A DNA stretch of 53,847 nucleotides from an uncultured Methanosarcinales archaeon (GTDB lineage: Archaea; Nanobdellota; Nanobdellia; Woesearchaeales; ARS49): the NCBI GenBank assembly GCA_964641265.1, contig CAZXKS010000001.1:12793-66639 (forward strand), read 5' to 3'. The notes beneath the pieces are model-generated. The model was not told where the DNA came from, did no database searches, and worked only from the letters and a program-made list of their open reading frames with translations. This document shows positions 8,111 through 15,994 of the stretch, piece by piece. The position numbers and the translations under genes were made by a program. How positions within the stretch are numbered: the stretch's first letter is position 1; every line of letters begins with the position of its first letter.

Positions 8111-10444
8111 ATGAACTCGCACCTTAGAATCTATTTGGCTTTTGGCATGTTGTTCTTCTTTGCTTTTCTTATTTGGAGGCCTGCGATTACTGGCAGGACT
8201 GTTGGTGGCGAGACTCAAACTGTTGTTGTTGTGTTAAAACCAGATGCTAGTAATGCTATTACTGGCGCTTCTGTTTTGAGTGATGAAGAGCCTTCTTTGG
8301 AAGAGCTGAAAGTTTTAACTGCAGAAGCCCAGAGAGAAGTGTTGGAGGACGTCAATAGTCCTTCTTTTTTTGAGCGTATTTTGTTTGTTAATCCTGAGCC
8401 GGATGTTGAGGCTGAGCGTACTTTGGAGATTGTGCCTGCCATGGTTGTTGAAGCCACTCCTGAGGGCATTGAAGAGCTTGAATCGCATCCTTTGGTCGAG
8501 GCTGTTTATCCCAACATTCAGTTCGAGTTGTTGCTTGCTCAGAGTGTTCCTTTGATTAATGCTGATGACGTCCAGGCTTTGCAGTTTAATGGGCAGAATA
8601 TTGATGGTCGTGGTAGGAGTGTTTGTGTTGTTGATACCGGTATTTCTCCCCACCAAGATTTCCAGGATAGGATTGTTGATCAGAAGTGTTTTTGTTCGCC
8701 AAATTGTTGTCCTAATGGCCAATCTACTGATGTTGTTGCAACCGATACTCATTCTATTAGTCATGGCACTCATGTTTCCGGAATTATTGGAGCTAACGGC
8801 CAGTTCAAGGGTGCCGCGCCTGGTGTTAATATTGTTGCGGTGAAGGTTTGTAATCTTGGTTGTGGTTTGGGTGATATTTTTGCTGGTATTGATTATTGTT
8901 TGCAGGTGAAGGATGCTTTTAATGTTGTTGCGATTAGTGGCAGTATTGGTGATGGTGGGAATTATCAATCTCAGCAGCAGTGTCCTACTTTTTTTGATGC
9001 TGCTATCGATGCTGCCTATAATGCAGGAGTAACTGGCGTGTTTGCTTCTGGTAATAATGGTTTTTCTAATGGTATTAGTTATCCTGGTTGTAATCCTAAT
9101 TCTATTGCTGTTGGTGCTACGGATAAAAATGATATTATCGCCAGTTTTACAAATCGTGGTTCTTTGCTTGATGTCTTGGCGCCTGGTGTTTCTATTACTA
9201 GCACAAAGGCTGGCAATACTTATGGCGCTTTGTCCGGCACCAGCCAAGCCACTCCTCATGTTTCTGGCGTTGTTGCTTTGTTGTCTCAGTTTGCTCAACT
9301 AAAAGGCATCCAGCTTTCTCCTGACCAAGTTAGGCAACTTTTGCAGGATACCGGCAAGCCTATCGGTAATTGGAAGCGTGTTGATGCGCTTGCTGCAGTT
9401 TTGTCTTTGAACGCTCCGCCTGTTGTTTCTATTTCTTCGCCAGTTGATGGTGCTGTTGTCCAGTCGTCTGTTACTTTGGAGGGTAGTGCTGTTGATGCCG
9501 AGGATGGTTCTTTATCTTCTGATAAGTTGTCTTGGGCTTCTGATATTTCCGGCAGTCTGGGCGCTGGGAATTCTTTGCAAATTGTTTTGCCTGTTGGTCC
9601 TCACACTTTAACTTTAACCGCTACAGATAGTATGGGAAAAACAGCTAGTGCTGTTGTACACTTAACTGTTCAGCAAACTCAAAACGCTCTTCCAGTCGCA
9701 ACTATTACAGTTCCTTCTGACAATGCTGTTGTTTCTTCTCCTGTTAATTTGGAAGGTTCTGCTTCTGATACAGAGGATGGTTCAATTCCTTCAGAGCAGT
9801 TGTCTTGGAGTTCTGATGTTTCTGGCAATTTGGGTACGGGTAATTCTTTGCAATCAAGCTTGCCTTCTGGTCTTCATGCGATTACTTTAACCGCAACTGA
9901 TAGCAATGGTGCTTTCGGAACCACGTTAGTTCACATTACAATTCAGCAACAATCCTCAAATAATCCGCCAAGCATAGCCATTACTTCTCCTACTGGGTCT
10001 TTTGTTCAGTCGCCTGTAACCTTTAGAGGTTCTGCGAGTGATGTTGAAGATGGTGTTTTGACAGGTACTTGGACTGAAAATGATGCTACTTTAGGTGTTG
10101 GTAATGAGTTGAATGTTGAGTTGCCTCAGGGTTCTCATTCTGTCACATTTTCAGCAACTGACTCAGCTGGTCTTATTTCTTCTTCTTCTGTTTCTTTTGT
10201 GGTTCAAACTTGTCAGTCAGATCTCGACCAGAATGCGAACAGTTTGCTTGACATTGGTGATTTTGTGCGTTTGTTGTCTTCTTTTGTTGCAGATTCTCTG
10301 CCTTGCAGCTCTGCATCCTCTTATTGTGTTGTTGAGTTGGACATGAATAATAATGGTGTTGTTGATATTGGTGATTTTGTTTTGTTGTTAAAGGCTTATG
10401 CTGAAGAACAGATTAATGATGTTAATGGCCAGTTGTGCGGTTAA
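8111..10444 (+). CDS. Secreted subtilisin-like serine protease (S8) with three Ig-like repeats and a C-terminal dockerin
   Basis: 777 aa with an N-terminal anchor and an I9-like propeptide. Catalytic motifs VCVVDTGI (D), HGTHVSG (H), SGTSQATPHV (S). Three ~95-aa repeats (P.V.I.SP.DG..V.S.V.L.GSA.D.EDG...). C-terminus DLDQNANSLLDIGDFVRLL ... ELDMNNNGVVDIGDFVLLLKAY is a duplicated dockerin Ca-binding segment. Confidence 0.85.
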   Translation: MNSHLRIYLAFGMLFFFAFLIWRPAITGRTVGGETQTVVVVLKPDASNAITGASVLSDEEPSLEELKVLTAEAQREVLEDVNSPSFFERILFVNPEPDVEAERTLEIVPAMVVEATPEGIEELESHPLVEAVYPNIQFELLLAQSVPLINADDVQALQFNGQNIDGRGRSVCVVDTGISPHQDFQDRIVDQKCFCSPNCCPNGQSTDVVATDTHSISHGTHVSGIIGANGQFKGAAPGVNIVAVKVCNLGCGLGDIFAGIDYCLQVKDAFNVVAISGSIGDGGNYQSQQQCPTFFDAAIDAAYNAGVTGVFASGNNGFSNGISYPGCNPNSIAVGATDKNDIIASFTNRGSLLDVLAPGVSITSTKAGNTYGALSGTSQATPHVSGVVALLSQFAQLKGIQLSPDQVRQLLQDTGKPIGNWKRVDALAAVLSLNAPPVVSISSPVDGAVVQSSVTLEGSAVDAEDGSLSSDKLSWASDISGSLGAGNSLQIVLPVGPHTLTLTATDSMGKTASAVVHLTVQQTQNALPVATITVPSDNAVVSSPVNLEGSASDTEDGSIPSEQLSWSSDVSGNLGTGNSLQSSLPSGLHAITLTATDSNGAFGTTLVHITIQQQSSNNPPSIAITSPTGSFVQSPVTFRGSASDVEDGVLTGTWTENDATLGVGNELNVELPQGSHSVTFSATDSAGLISSSSVSFVVQTCQSDLDQNANSLLDIGDFVRLLSSFVADSLPCSSASSYCVVELDMNNNGVVDIGDFVLLLKAYAEEQINDVNGQLCG

Positions 10445-11607
10445 GCTGCGTCTCTGCGTTTTATTTCTGTAAAAAACGCCTGTCTGATGTTCTCTGTTGC
10501 TCTTTGTTGAATGTAAGCGATTAGTTTTTTGTATCCTTCCACTAGTCCTTCGGTTGTTGCGGTTCCGTGGTTTTTGAATACTGGTTTGTTTAGGCAGATG
10601 AATGCAGCTCCGCCGTACTGGCTCGGGTCCATTCTTTTCTTAACTCTGTCAAACACTCCTCCCTTCCAGCTGAGCACCCATGCTGCTATTTTTTCATACA
10701 ATCTGCCATTTGTCCTGACTTCGTCTTCAATGAAGTCTTTTGTAAGATTTCCTCCTGTTACCATGCCTTTAATCAAGCCATTGCCATCGCCTCCTTCAGC
10801 TACCACTACATTTACAGGCCTTTGCTCACTTGTGCCTTTTTCTTGATCATAAACAGCCACGTGTGATTCTATGTTTCCTACAAATTGTTCGCCAAGCTTT
10901 TCTTTCAAATATTTGTGTGCTTCAATCAATAGAGGTTTTCCTTTGTTTTCTTCCTTGCCTATGTTTAGCAGCCCTACAGTTGGTTCATGTATTCCTCCAA
11001 CTGTTCTTGCATATATCATTCCTAATTGCGCATAGAGCCAGAATTGTTCTCGTCTTGTTAGTTGCGGTATTGAGCCCGCATCAATCAAATAGAAGGTGTG
11101 GTTTCTTTTGACTTTTGGCGATTTCGGAAGTTCTCCCAGCAATGGTAAAAGCTTTTCGTCCGGAAAAAGTGCTTTGTATTCGTCCATTACGCCAATTACT
11201 TTTGAGACTGCTGGTACTACGCGTCTTGTATTTTCGATTGTGTAGATGCCTTCGAACTCGCCGTCTTTTAGGCGTTTTGCCAATGGCAGTATCATTCCTC
11301 TTTGTTCTATGTGTTTGGCGATTTTAGTTCGAGCAGTTTCATCTTTTGCCTCTTTTACTGGATCAACTGGTGTGACGTTTGTGGGTTTGTAGCCTGCCAT
11401 TGCTTTGGTGATTTCTTCTTGACTGCCAAATAAAAAGAACTCACAGTTTGGGAAAAGGGGCGCCGCTATTTTTGCTGCTTGAACGTGTCTTTGGCAGGCT
11501 GTTTCGCCGTTTACCACATCTCCGCCTTGGGCATCAATTGCAATCCTGTATGTTGCTTGGTGCCTGGTTCTCTGCACAGCGCGTTGTAGTATGTCGTCTA
11601 GGCTCAT
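10441..11607 (-). CDS. PlsX-like phosphate acyltransferase family protein
   Basis: 388 aa. Matches PlsX landmarks: IAIDAQGGD (cf. AxDxMGGD), LLNIGKEENKG (cf. LLNIGEEExKG), VVVAEGGDGNGLIKGM (cf. DGFxGNxxLK), DPSQYGGAAFICLNKPVFKNHG (cf. GGAxLLGxxGxVIKxHG). There is an insertion of about 90 aa after the first motif. Confidence 0.6.
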   Translation of the reverse strand: MSLDDILQRAVQRTRHQATYRIAIDAQGGDVVNGETACQRHVQAAKIAAPLFPNCEFFLFGSQEEITKAMAGYKPTNVTPVDPVKEAKDETARTKIAKHIEQRGMILPLAKRLKDGEFEGIYTIENTRRVVPAVSKVIGVMDEYKALFPDEKLLPLLGELPKSPKVKRNHTFYLIDAGSIPQLTRREQFWLYAQLGMIYARTVGGIHEPTVGLLNIGKEENKGKPLLIEAHKYLKEKLGEQFVGNIESHVAVYDQEKGTSEQRPVNVVVAEGGDGNGLIKGMVTGGNLTKDFIEDEVRTNGRLYEKIAAWVLSWKGGVFDRVKKRMDPSQYGGAAFICLNKPVFKNHGTATTEGLVEGYKKLIAYIQQRATENIRQAFFTEIKRRDAA

Positions 11608-11656
11608 GCCTGCTTGAATAACTTTGAATCATTTAAAAGCGTTTTGACAAAAAAAA

Positions 11657-11730
11657 TGGGCCCGCCGTGATTTGAACACGGGACCGCTCGATTATCAGTC
11701 GAGTGCTCCACCGAACTAAGCTACGGACCC
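11657..11730 (-). tRNA. tRNA-Ile (anticodon GAU)
   Basis: Reverse complement GGGTCCGTAGCTTAGTTCGGTGGAGCACTCGACTGATAATCGAGCGGTCCCGTGTTCAAATCACGGCGGGCCCA. It folds as a cloverleaf with anticodon stem CTCGA/TCGAG, loop CTGATAA, T-loop TTCAAAT. CCA is not encoded. Confidence 0.9.
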
Positions 11731-11754
11731 TTGTATTCGTTGGGGAAAAGAGTG

Positions 11755-11764
11755 GTTTTTAAAG
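11755..11764 (-). promoter_or_regulatory. TATA box for tRNA-Ile
   Basis: CTTTAAAAAC on the minus strand, centred about 30 nt upstream of the tRNA 5' end. Confidence 0.5.
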
Positions 11765-11880
11765 GTTGCGAAGAGAATCCTCTTCGCGACCCCAGCCAAA
11801 GGTTCTTTGGCGTGGGTTGCGAAGAAAGTACTGGCGAGTAATACTAAACGAATATATACCTCTGCTTGTTATATAGGCTT

Positions 11881-12159
11881 ATGAATAAGATTGAGATTAT
11901 AGTATTGTCATTAGTTGTTATTGTTGCTCTTGTTGCGCTTTACTTTACTCTGGGCGCTAAGTCTGGCATGGCTGTGATGTACGGCCCTTCAGATGGTTGT
12001 TGTTTTACTGTTACCCTACTTGATGGCACGTCTTATGAACAGTGTTCTTTGGAATATGGGCATGCTGTTACGTCGTATCAGCTGTTCCAGGTGGAAGCTT
12101 ATAAGGGCAAGATCAGGTCTGTTAGCAACATACGCCCAGGTCCTATTTGCAAGCTCTAA
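11881..12159 (+). CDS. Small membrane-anchored hypothetical protein
   Basis: ATG at 11881 is in frame within ORF 11866..12159. MNKIEIIVLSLVVIVALVALYF is a TM helix. AATATATA TATA-like box lies about 25 nt upstream (leaderless-type spacing). Confidence 0.45.
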   Translation: MNKIEIIVLSLVVIVALVALYFTLGAKSGMAVMYGPSDGCCFTVTLLDGTSYEQCSLEYGHAVTSYQLFQVEAYKGKIRSVSNIRPGPICKL

Positions 12160-12200
12160 AACCCGTTATTCTTTTATAGTCATGTTTTCTGGTTTTAGTC

Positions 12201-13706
12201 ATGAAAATAGCCGAGAAGACAAGCGATCCTGTTATTAACCTGGCTTTGGATACAATTGATATTAAAAAACAGGCTTTGGTTTTTGTTAATGCCAAACGTT
12301 CTGCTGAGAAGGTTGCAGAAGATATCAGCAAAAAATCTTCTTTGAAAAGCAAAGAGCTTGATGACTTGTCTGAAAGTTTGAGGACTGTTCTTTCAAAGCC
12401 AACAAGGCAGTGTGAAAGGCTTGCCGTGTGCGCAAAACATGGCATTGCTTTTCATCATGCTGGTTTGCATCATAAGCAGAAAGAATTTGTAGAGGATGCT
12501 TTTCGTTCTGGCGTTATTAAGATTATTTGTTGTACTCCAACCTTGGCAGCCGGCATAGACATGCCTGCTTTTCGCGCAATTATTCGTGATGTTAAAAGGT
12601 TTGGTACTCACGGTATGGCGCACATTCCTGTGCTTGAGTTTTTGCAGATGGCTGGCAGGGCTGGCAGGCCGAAGTATGATAGTTATGGTGAAGCGGTTGT
12701 TATTGCTCAGACCGAATCCGATAAAGAGTACATCGTTGAACATTACTTGAAGGGCTTTCCTGAGGACATTGTTAGCAAGCTTGCTGTGGAGCCCGTGCTT
12801 CGTACTTATCTTCTTTCTTTGATCGCTTCGCGCGTCATGCACTCGCGTGATTCGATTTTGGATTTTTTCAGCAGGACTTTTTGGGCTTACCAGTACAAGG
12901 ACTTGCCTCGTATGTCAAAGATCATCGATAGGATTTTGGGATTGCTTGTCGATTGGAGTTTTTTGCAGGAAGTGGCAGAAGGCTTTCGGGCTACTGCGCT
13001 TGGCAAACGTGTTTCTGAGTTGTACTTGGATCCTTTGACTGCTTTTAATTTGTTGAATCGTTTGGAGCGCGCTACGCATGTTAAGTTGAAATCAATCTCT
13101 TTCTTGCATGCTGTCAGTAATACTCTTGAAATGCGTCCTTTGCTTCGTGTGAAGCAAAAAGAGTTTGAGGATGTCCAGCAGAAGTATGCTTTGCTCGAGC
13201 CTTATTTGTTGGAGCACGAGCCGAGCATGTTTGAGCCTGAGTATGATGGCTGGCTTGATAGCATTAAGACTGCTTTGATGTTGGAGGACTGGATTGATGA
13301 GAAGGATGAAGAATGGGTTTTGGAGCATTACGATAGTAGACCTGGTGAGACGCGATCCAAGATTGATAATGCTGATTGGTTGTTGTATGCTTGCCATGAA
13401 CTTGCGCGCTTGATGCAGTATCAGCCTTTGTTAAAAGAGATTACCAAAGTGCGCTTGAGGCTCAAGTATGGTGTTAAGGAGGAGCTTTTGACTTTGATTC
13501 GTTTGGAGGGTATTGGTCGTGTGCGCGCTAGAAAGTTGTTCCGTGCTGGAGTTAAGGATTTGGGCGATATCAGAAAAGCTCCTATCGAGAAGCTGGCAGA
13601 CTTGCTTGGCTCTGCTGTTGCAAAATCCATTAAAGCGCAAGTTGGCGAAAATGTTTCCGGCGGGAGCGTCCTCCCATCCGGCGCGGGCTCATCACCTCCT
13701 TCATGA
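12201..13706 (+). CDS. hel308: Hel308/Ski2-type DNA helicase, C-terminal portion only (RecA2, winged-helix, ratchet, HhH domains); RecA1 domain absent
   Basis: 501 aa begins just before helicase motif IV (QALVFVNAKRSAEKVA). Motif V TPTLAAGIDMPA, motif VI QMAGRAGRP, terminal HhH LIRLEGIGRVRARKLFRAGV. No Walker A or DEAH, and only a 92-aa unrelated ORF lies upstream. Confidence 0.8.
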   Translation: MKIAEKTSDPVINLALDTIDIKKQALVFVNAKRSAEKVAEDISKKSSLKSKELDDLSESLRTVLSKPTRQCERLAVCAKHGIAFHHAGLHHKQKEFVEDAFRSGVIKIICCTPTLAAGIDMPAFRAIIRDVKRFGTHGMAHIPVLEFLQMAGRAGRPKYDSYGEAVVIAQTESDKEYIVEHYLKGFPEDIVSKLAVEPVLRTYLLSLIASRVMHSRDSILDFFSRTFWAYQYKDLPRMSKIIDRILGLLVDWSFLQEVAEGFRATALGKRVSELYLDPLTAFNLLNRLERATHVKLKSISFLHAVSNTLEMRPLLRVKQKEFEDVQQKYALLEPYLLEHEPSMFEPEYDGWLDSIKTALMLEDWIDEKDEEWVLEHYDSRPGETRSKIDNADWLLYACHELARLMQYQPLLKEITKVRLRLKYGVKEELLTLIRLEGIGRVRARKLFRAGVKDLGDIRKAPIEKLADLLGSAVAKSIKAQVGENVSGGSVLPSGAGSSPPS

Positions 13707-13770
13707 TGATGTTTTTCTATTAAGCAGCGCTTTATTAATACATTATGAAGAGAAAATCTGGACTTGAAGT

Positions 13771-14664
13771 CTATGCTGCGAATTTTGCTGGAACGTAAAT
13801 TGGTGTTCCTGCGTTTGCTTCTTCAACTATTACTTGATTCACTGACCACGCCAATTCGCCTGCCGTAGGTCTTTTCGACATGTCTTTATGCATTCCTCTT
13901 TCAAATATTGTGTTCCATACAGTTCTTGCTTTTACAGGCACGTATGCTGGCAGTGTTACATTCAGATTTTCTAATGCGAATTTGATTAACTCCCTATCAT
14001 CCCAGTTTGGTCTTGCCAGTTCGAGTGGTGTTTGTCCTACGAGTGTTTCAAACAATACGGCCGTTAGATGGTATATGTCTGTTTGGCTGCTTTGCAGTCC
14101 TTCAGCGAATTCTTCCGGCGCCATGTAATATTCTGTTGTTGCAAGAGACTCTGCTACGTGTGGATAAACCCTCATCGTATCATAGTCTGCAAGTTGAGCG
14201 CCCACTATGTTTTTTGATTTTACATCTCCGTGCATCAGGCCGTATCCGTGCAAGTGGTCTAGTGCAAGGCTTACTCTTGTGAAAATGTTTCTTATTTGCT
14301 GCCAGGTTAAGTTTCCCCTGTCACCGTCTCTTATCATATGTTCAAGATCAGGGCCTTGTATTAGTGGCATTACAACTAGTGCTCCGTCTTTCGTCACGCA
14401 TTTGTCCAGTATCTCAACTAATCCTGGATGTTTGAATATGTCTGTTGGAAGGCTCAAGTATGCTACAAGTTCAGCAATCGTGGTTTCCTTATCTTCTGGC
14501 CGTTCCTCTTTTTTGTGATATAATTTCACAGCCACAGGATTTCCTGTTTGCATATCAACAGCACTATGAACCGTTGCGTATCCTCCACTTCCTACTTCCT
14601 CAAGTAGAACATACCTTTTCAACGCTTCTTCCAATACAGGATCCACCCTTTCTGCCGTTTTCAT
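13771..14664 (-). CDS. Eukaryotic-like Ser/Thr protein kinase
   Basis: 297 aa with G-loop VGSGGYATV, VAVK lysine, catalytic loop HGDVKSKN, and APE motif. Confidence 0.8.
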   Translation of the reverse strand: MKTAERVDPVLEEALKRYVLLEEVGSGGYATVHSAVDMQTGNPVAVKLYHKKEERPEDKETTIAELVAYLSLPTDIFKHPGLVEILDKCVTKDGALVVMPLIQGPDLEHMIRDGDRGNLTWQQIRNIFTRVSLALDHLHGYGLMHGDVKSKNIVGAQLADYDTMRVYPHVAESLATTEYYMAPEEFAEGLQSSQTDIYHLTAVLFETLVGQTPLELARPNWDDRELIKFALENLNVTLPAYVPVKARTVWNTIFERGMHKDMSKRPTAGELAWSVNQVIVEEANAGTPIYVPAKFAA

Positions 14665-14853
14665 AGGGTTATTAACGTAAATTCAGTATTACAATTTTGG
14701 CTGTATACTATACGGCAGGTACGGTTTTAGAAATATACGCCCGCGCTGGGATTCCCTGAAGTTCACGCAGTGAACAAGGGGGCTGGAAGACTTTGTCTTC
14801 CAGATGTTCAAATCCCACTTTGCTTAGAGAGGTATACGAAGTTGCAGAAAAAA

Positions 14854-14927
14854 CGCCCGAGCTGGGATTTGAACCCAGGTCGAAGGGACCGCAACCCTCC
14901 AGTCTATCCAAGCTAGCCTACTCGGGC
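14854..14927 (-). tRNA. tRNA-Arg (anticodon GCG, best fold)
   Basis: Reverse complement GCCCGAGTAGGCTAGCTTGGATAGACTGGAGGGTTGCGGTCCCTTCGACCTGGGTTCAAATCCCAGCTCGGGCG. Acceptor GCCCGAG/CTCGGGC, T arm CTGGG-TTCAAAT-CCCAG, anticodon stem GAGGG/CCCTT with loop TTGCGGT. The D stem has one mismatch, so isotype is less certain than the tRNA call. A TTTTTT tract follows the 3' end. Confidence 0.75.
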
Positions 14928-14951
14928 ATAATTAAGTCGAGAAAATGTCGC

Positions 14952-14959
14952 TTTATAAA
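14952..14959 (-). promoter_or_regulatory. TATA box for tRNA-Arg
   Basis: TTTATAAA about 28 nt upstream of the tRNA 5' end. Confidence 0.5.
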
Positions 14960-15132
14960 CCTTACCGCAGGTGCAATCCCTTAACGTGTTTCTTCTCTAT
15001 CAGGGTGAGATATAGTAGAGTATAGTATGTGTTGTTTATGAAAAGGGTTATCATGCTTAGTATGAAATCTTGCCACCTATGATTTTTTTGCCACCAAAAC
15101 TTTTATTGTCAAACGTCTTATAACATTAAATT

Positions 15133-15954
15133 ATGACAGAAGCGTCTCAGAGCATTGAGGAAATTGTAACTTATACTAAGAGGAAATGGGAATACTTTGC
15201 GACAGATGCTCCGACTTCCGAACGCTCAAAAGAACCGTCGGATAAATCAGAGATTCAGCCAGATAATGCTCTTTACGCCGGCGGCTTTAGGGGGTATCGT
15301 TCTGATAAGGGTAAGAATGTTGAGCCTTATTACGAAACTCTTAGGCGCATGGCAAAGCAGAGTCAACGCTTTAATGCAGGGAATGCTCAGCAGCATTCAG
15401 ATGTTCAAAGGCAGCCGCCTCTTCAGAATTATAATTTCGAGCGCGATACTGCTGGTAATTCTGGGTCACGTGTCCCAACTTATTCCGGCTCTTTCGAGGA
15501 CGTTGCAAAGCAGTACTTGACGACAGAGGGAAAGGAGTTTTATGCATTCCAAAAATCAAAAGGGCGTGATTTTTACAACATTACTCGTATCGAGACTGCT
15601 GATTTGGAGTCTATAGCAGATGGCGCGATTGCTGCTTTGGAAAATGATGGTAACGAGGCTACATTGCTTGGCTCTTACAACTTTGACGCAAAGGCCGAGC
15701 AGTTTGCAGAGCATTATGGTGTTTCAAAGGATCGCGCGATAACATATTTGCTTACTCATGAGCTCGCGCATGCTTCTGCCAAGGGTATCGGCTTTGATGA
15801 TCATATCCAATCAGAGAAATATGTTGAAAATACCCTGCATGAGTACTTTACTGCCAAGGGCGATTATGACTTGGCAAATATTGCCAGTGACCGTGCTGCG
15901 AATGTTATGCAAAATTATGGAAGTTTGGACAGCGTTGGTACAAGTGTGAATTAA
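15133..15954 (+). CDS. Hypothetical cytoplasmic protein with an HExxH metallopeptidase-like motif
   Basis: 273 aa with no signal peptide. LLTHELAHASAKG contains HELAH. The N-terminal half is low-complexity and polar. Confidence 0.5.
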   Translation: MTEASQSIEEIVTYTKRKWEYFATDAPTSERSKEPSDKSEIQPDNALYAGGFRGYRSDKGKNVEPYYETLRRMAKQSQRFNAGNAQQHSDVQRQPPLQNYNFERDTAGNSGSRVPTYSGSFEDVAKQYLTTEGKEFYAFQKSKGRDFYNITRIETADLESIADGAIAALENDGNEATLLGSYNFDAKAEQFAEHYGVSKDRAITYLLTHELAHASAKGIGFDDHIQSEKYVENTLHEYFTAKGDYDLANIASDRAANVMQNYGSLDSVGTSVN

Positions 15955-15994
15955 TGCGTAACCCATAAATACCCTTTTCCTTTTTGTTTTCTCG

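Noticed and set aside
9421-10200. The three ~285-nt repeats in the subtilisin gene as a possible diversity-generating retroelement target/template pair or CRISPR-like array.
   Set aside because: The repeats are in-frame domain duplications with scattered substitutions not confined to adenines. There is no reverse transcriptase, no spacers and no cas genes in the window.
14760-14835. A possible plus-strand tRNA suggested by the T-loop-like GTTCAAATCCC and a 9-bp hairpin.
   Set aside because: No complementary T stem or acceptor stem could be found, and the hairpin loop lacks U33 geometry. It is kept only as part of the unexplained fragment finding.
14708-14911. A 67-aa minus-strand ORF.
   Set aside because: It runs through tRNA-Arg and the tRNA-derived fragment, so it is not credible as coding.
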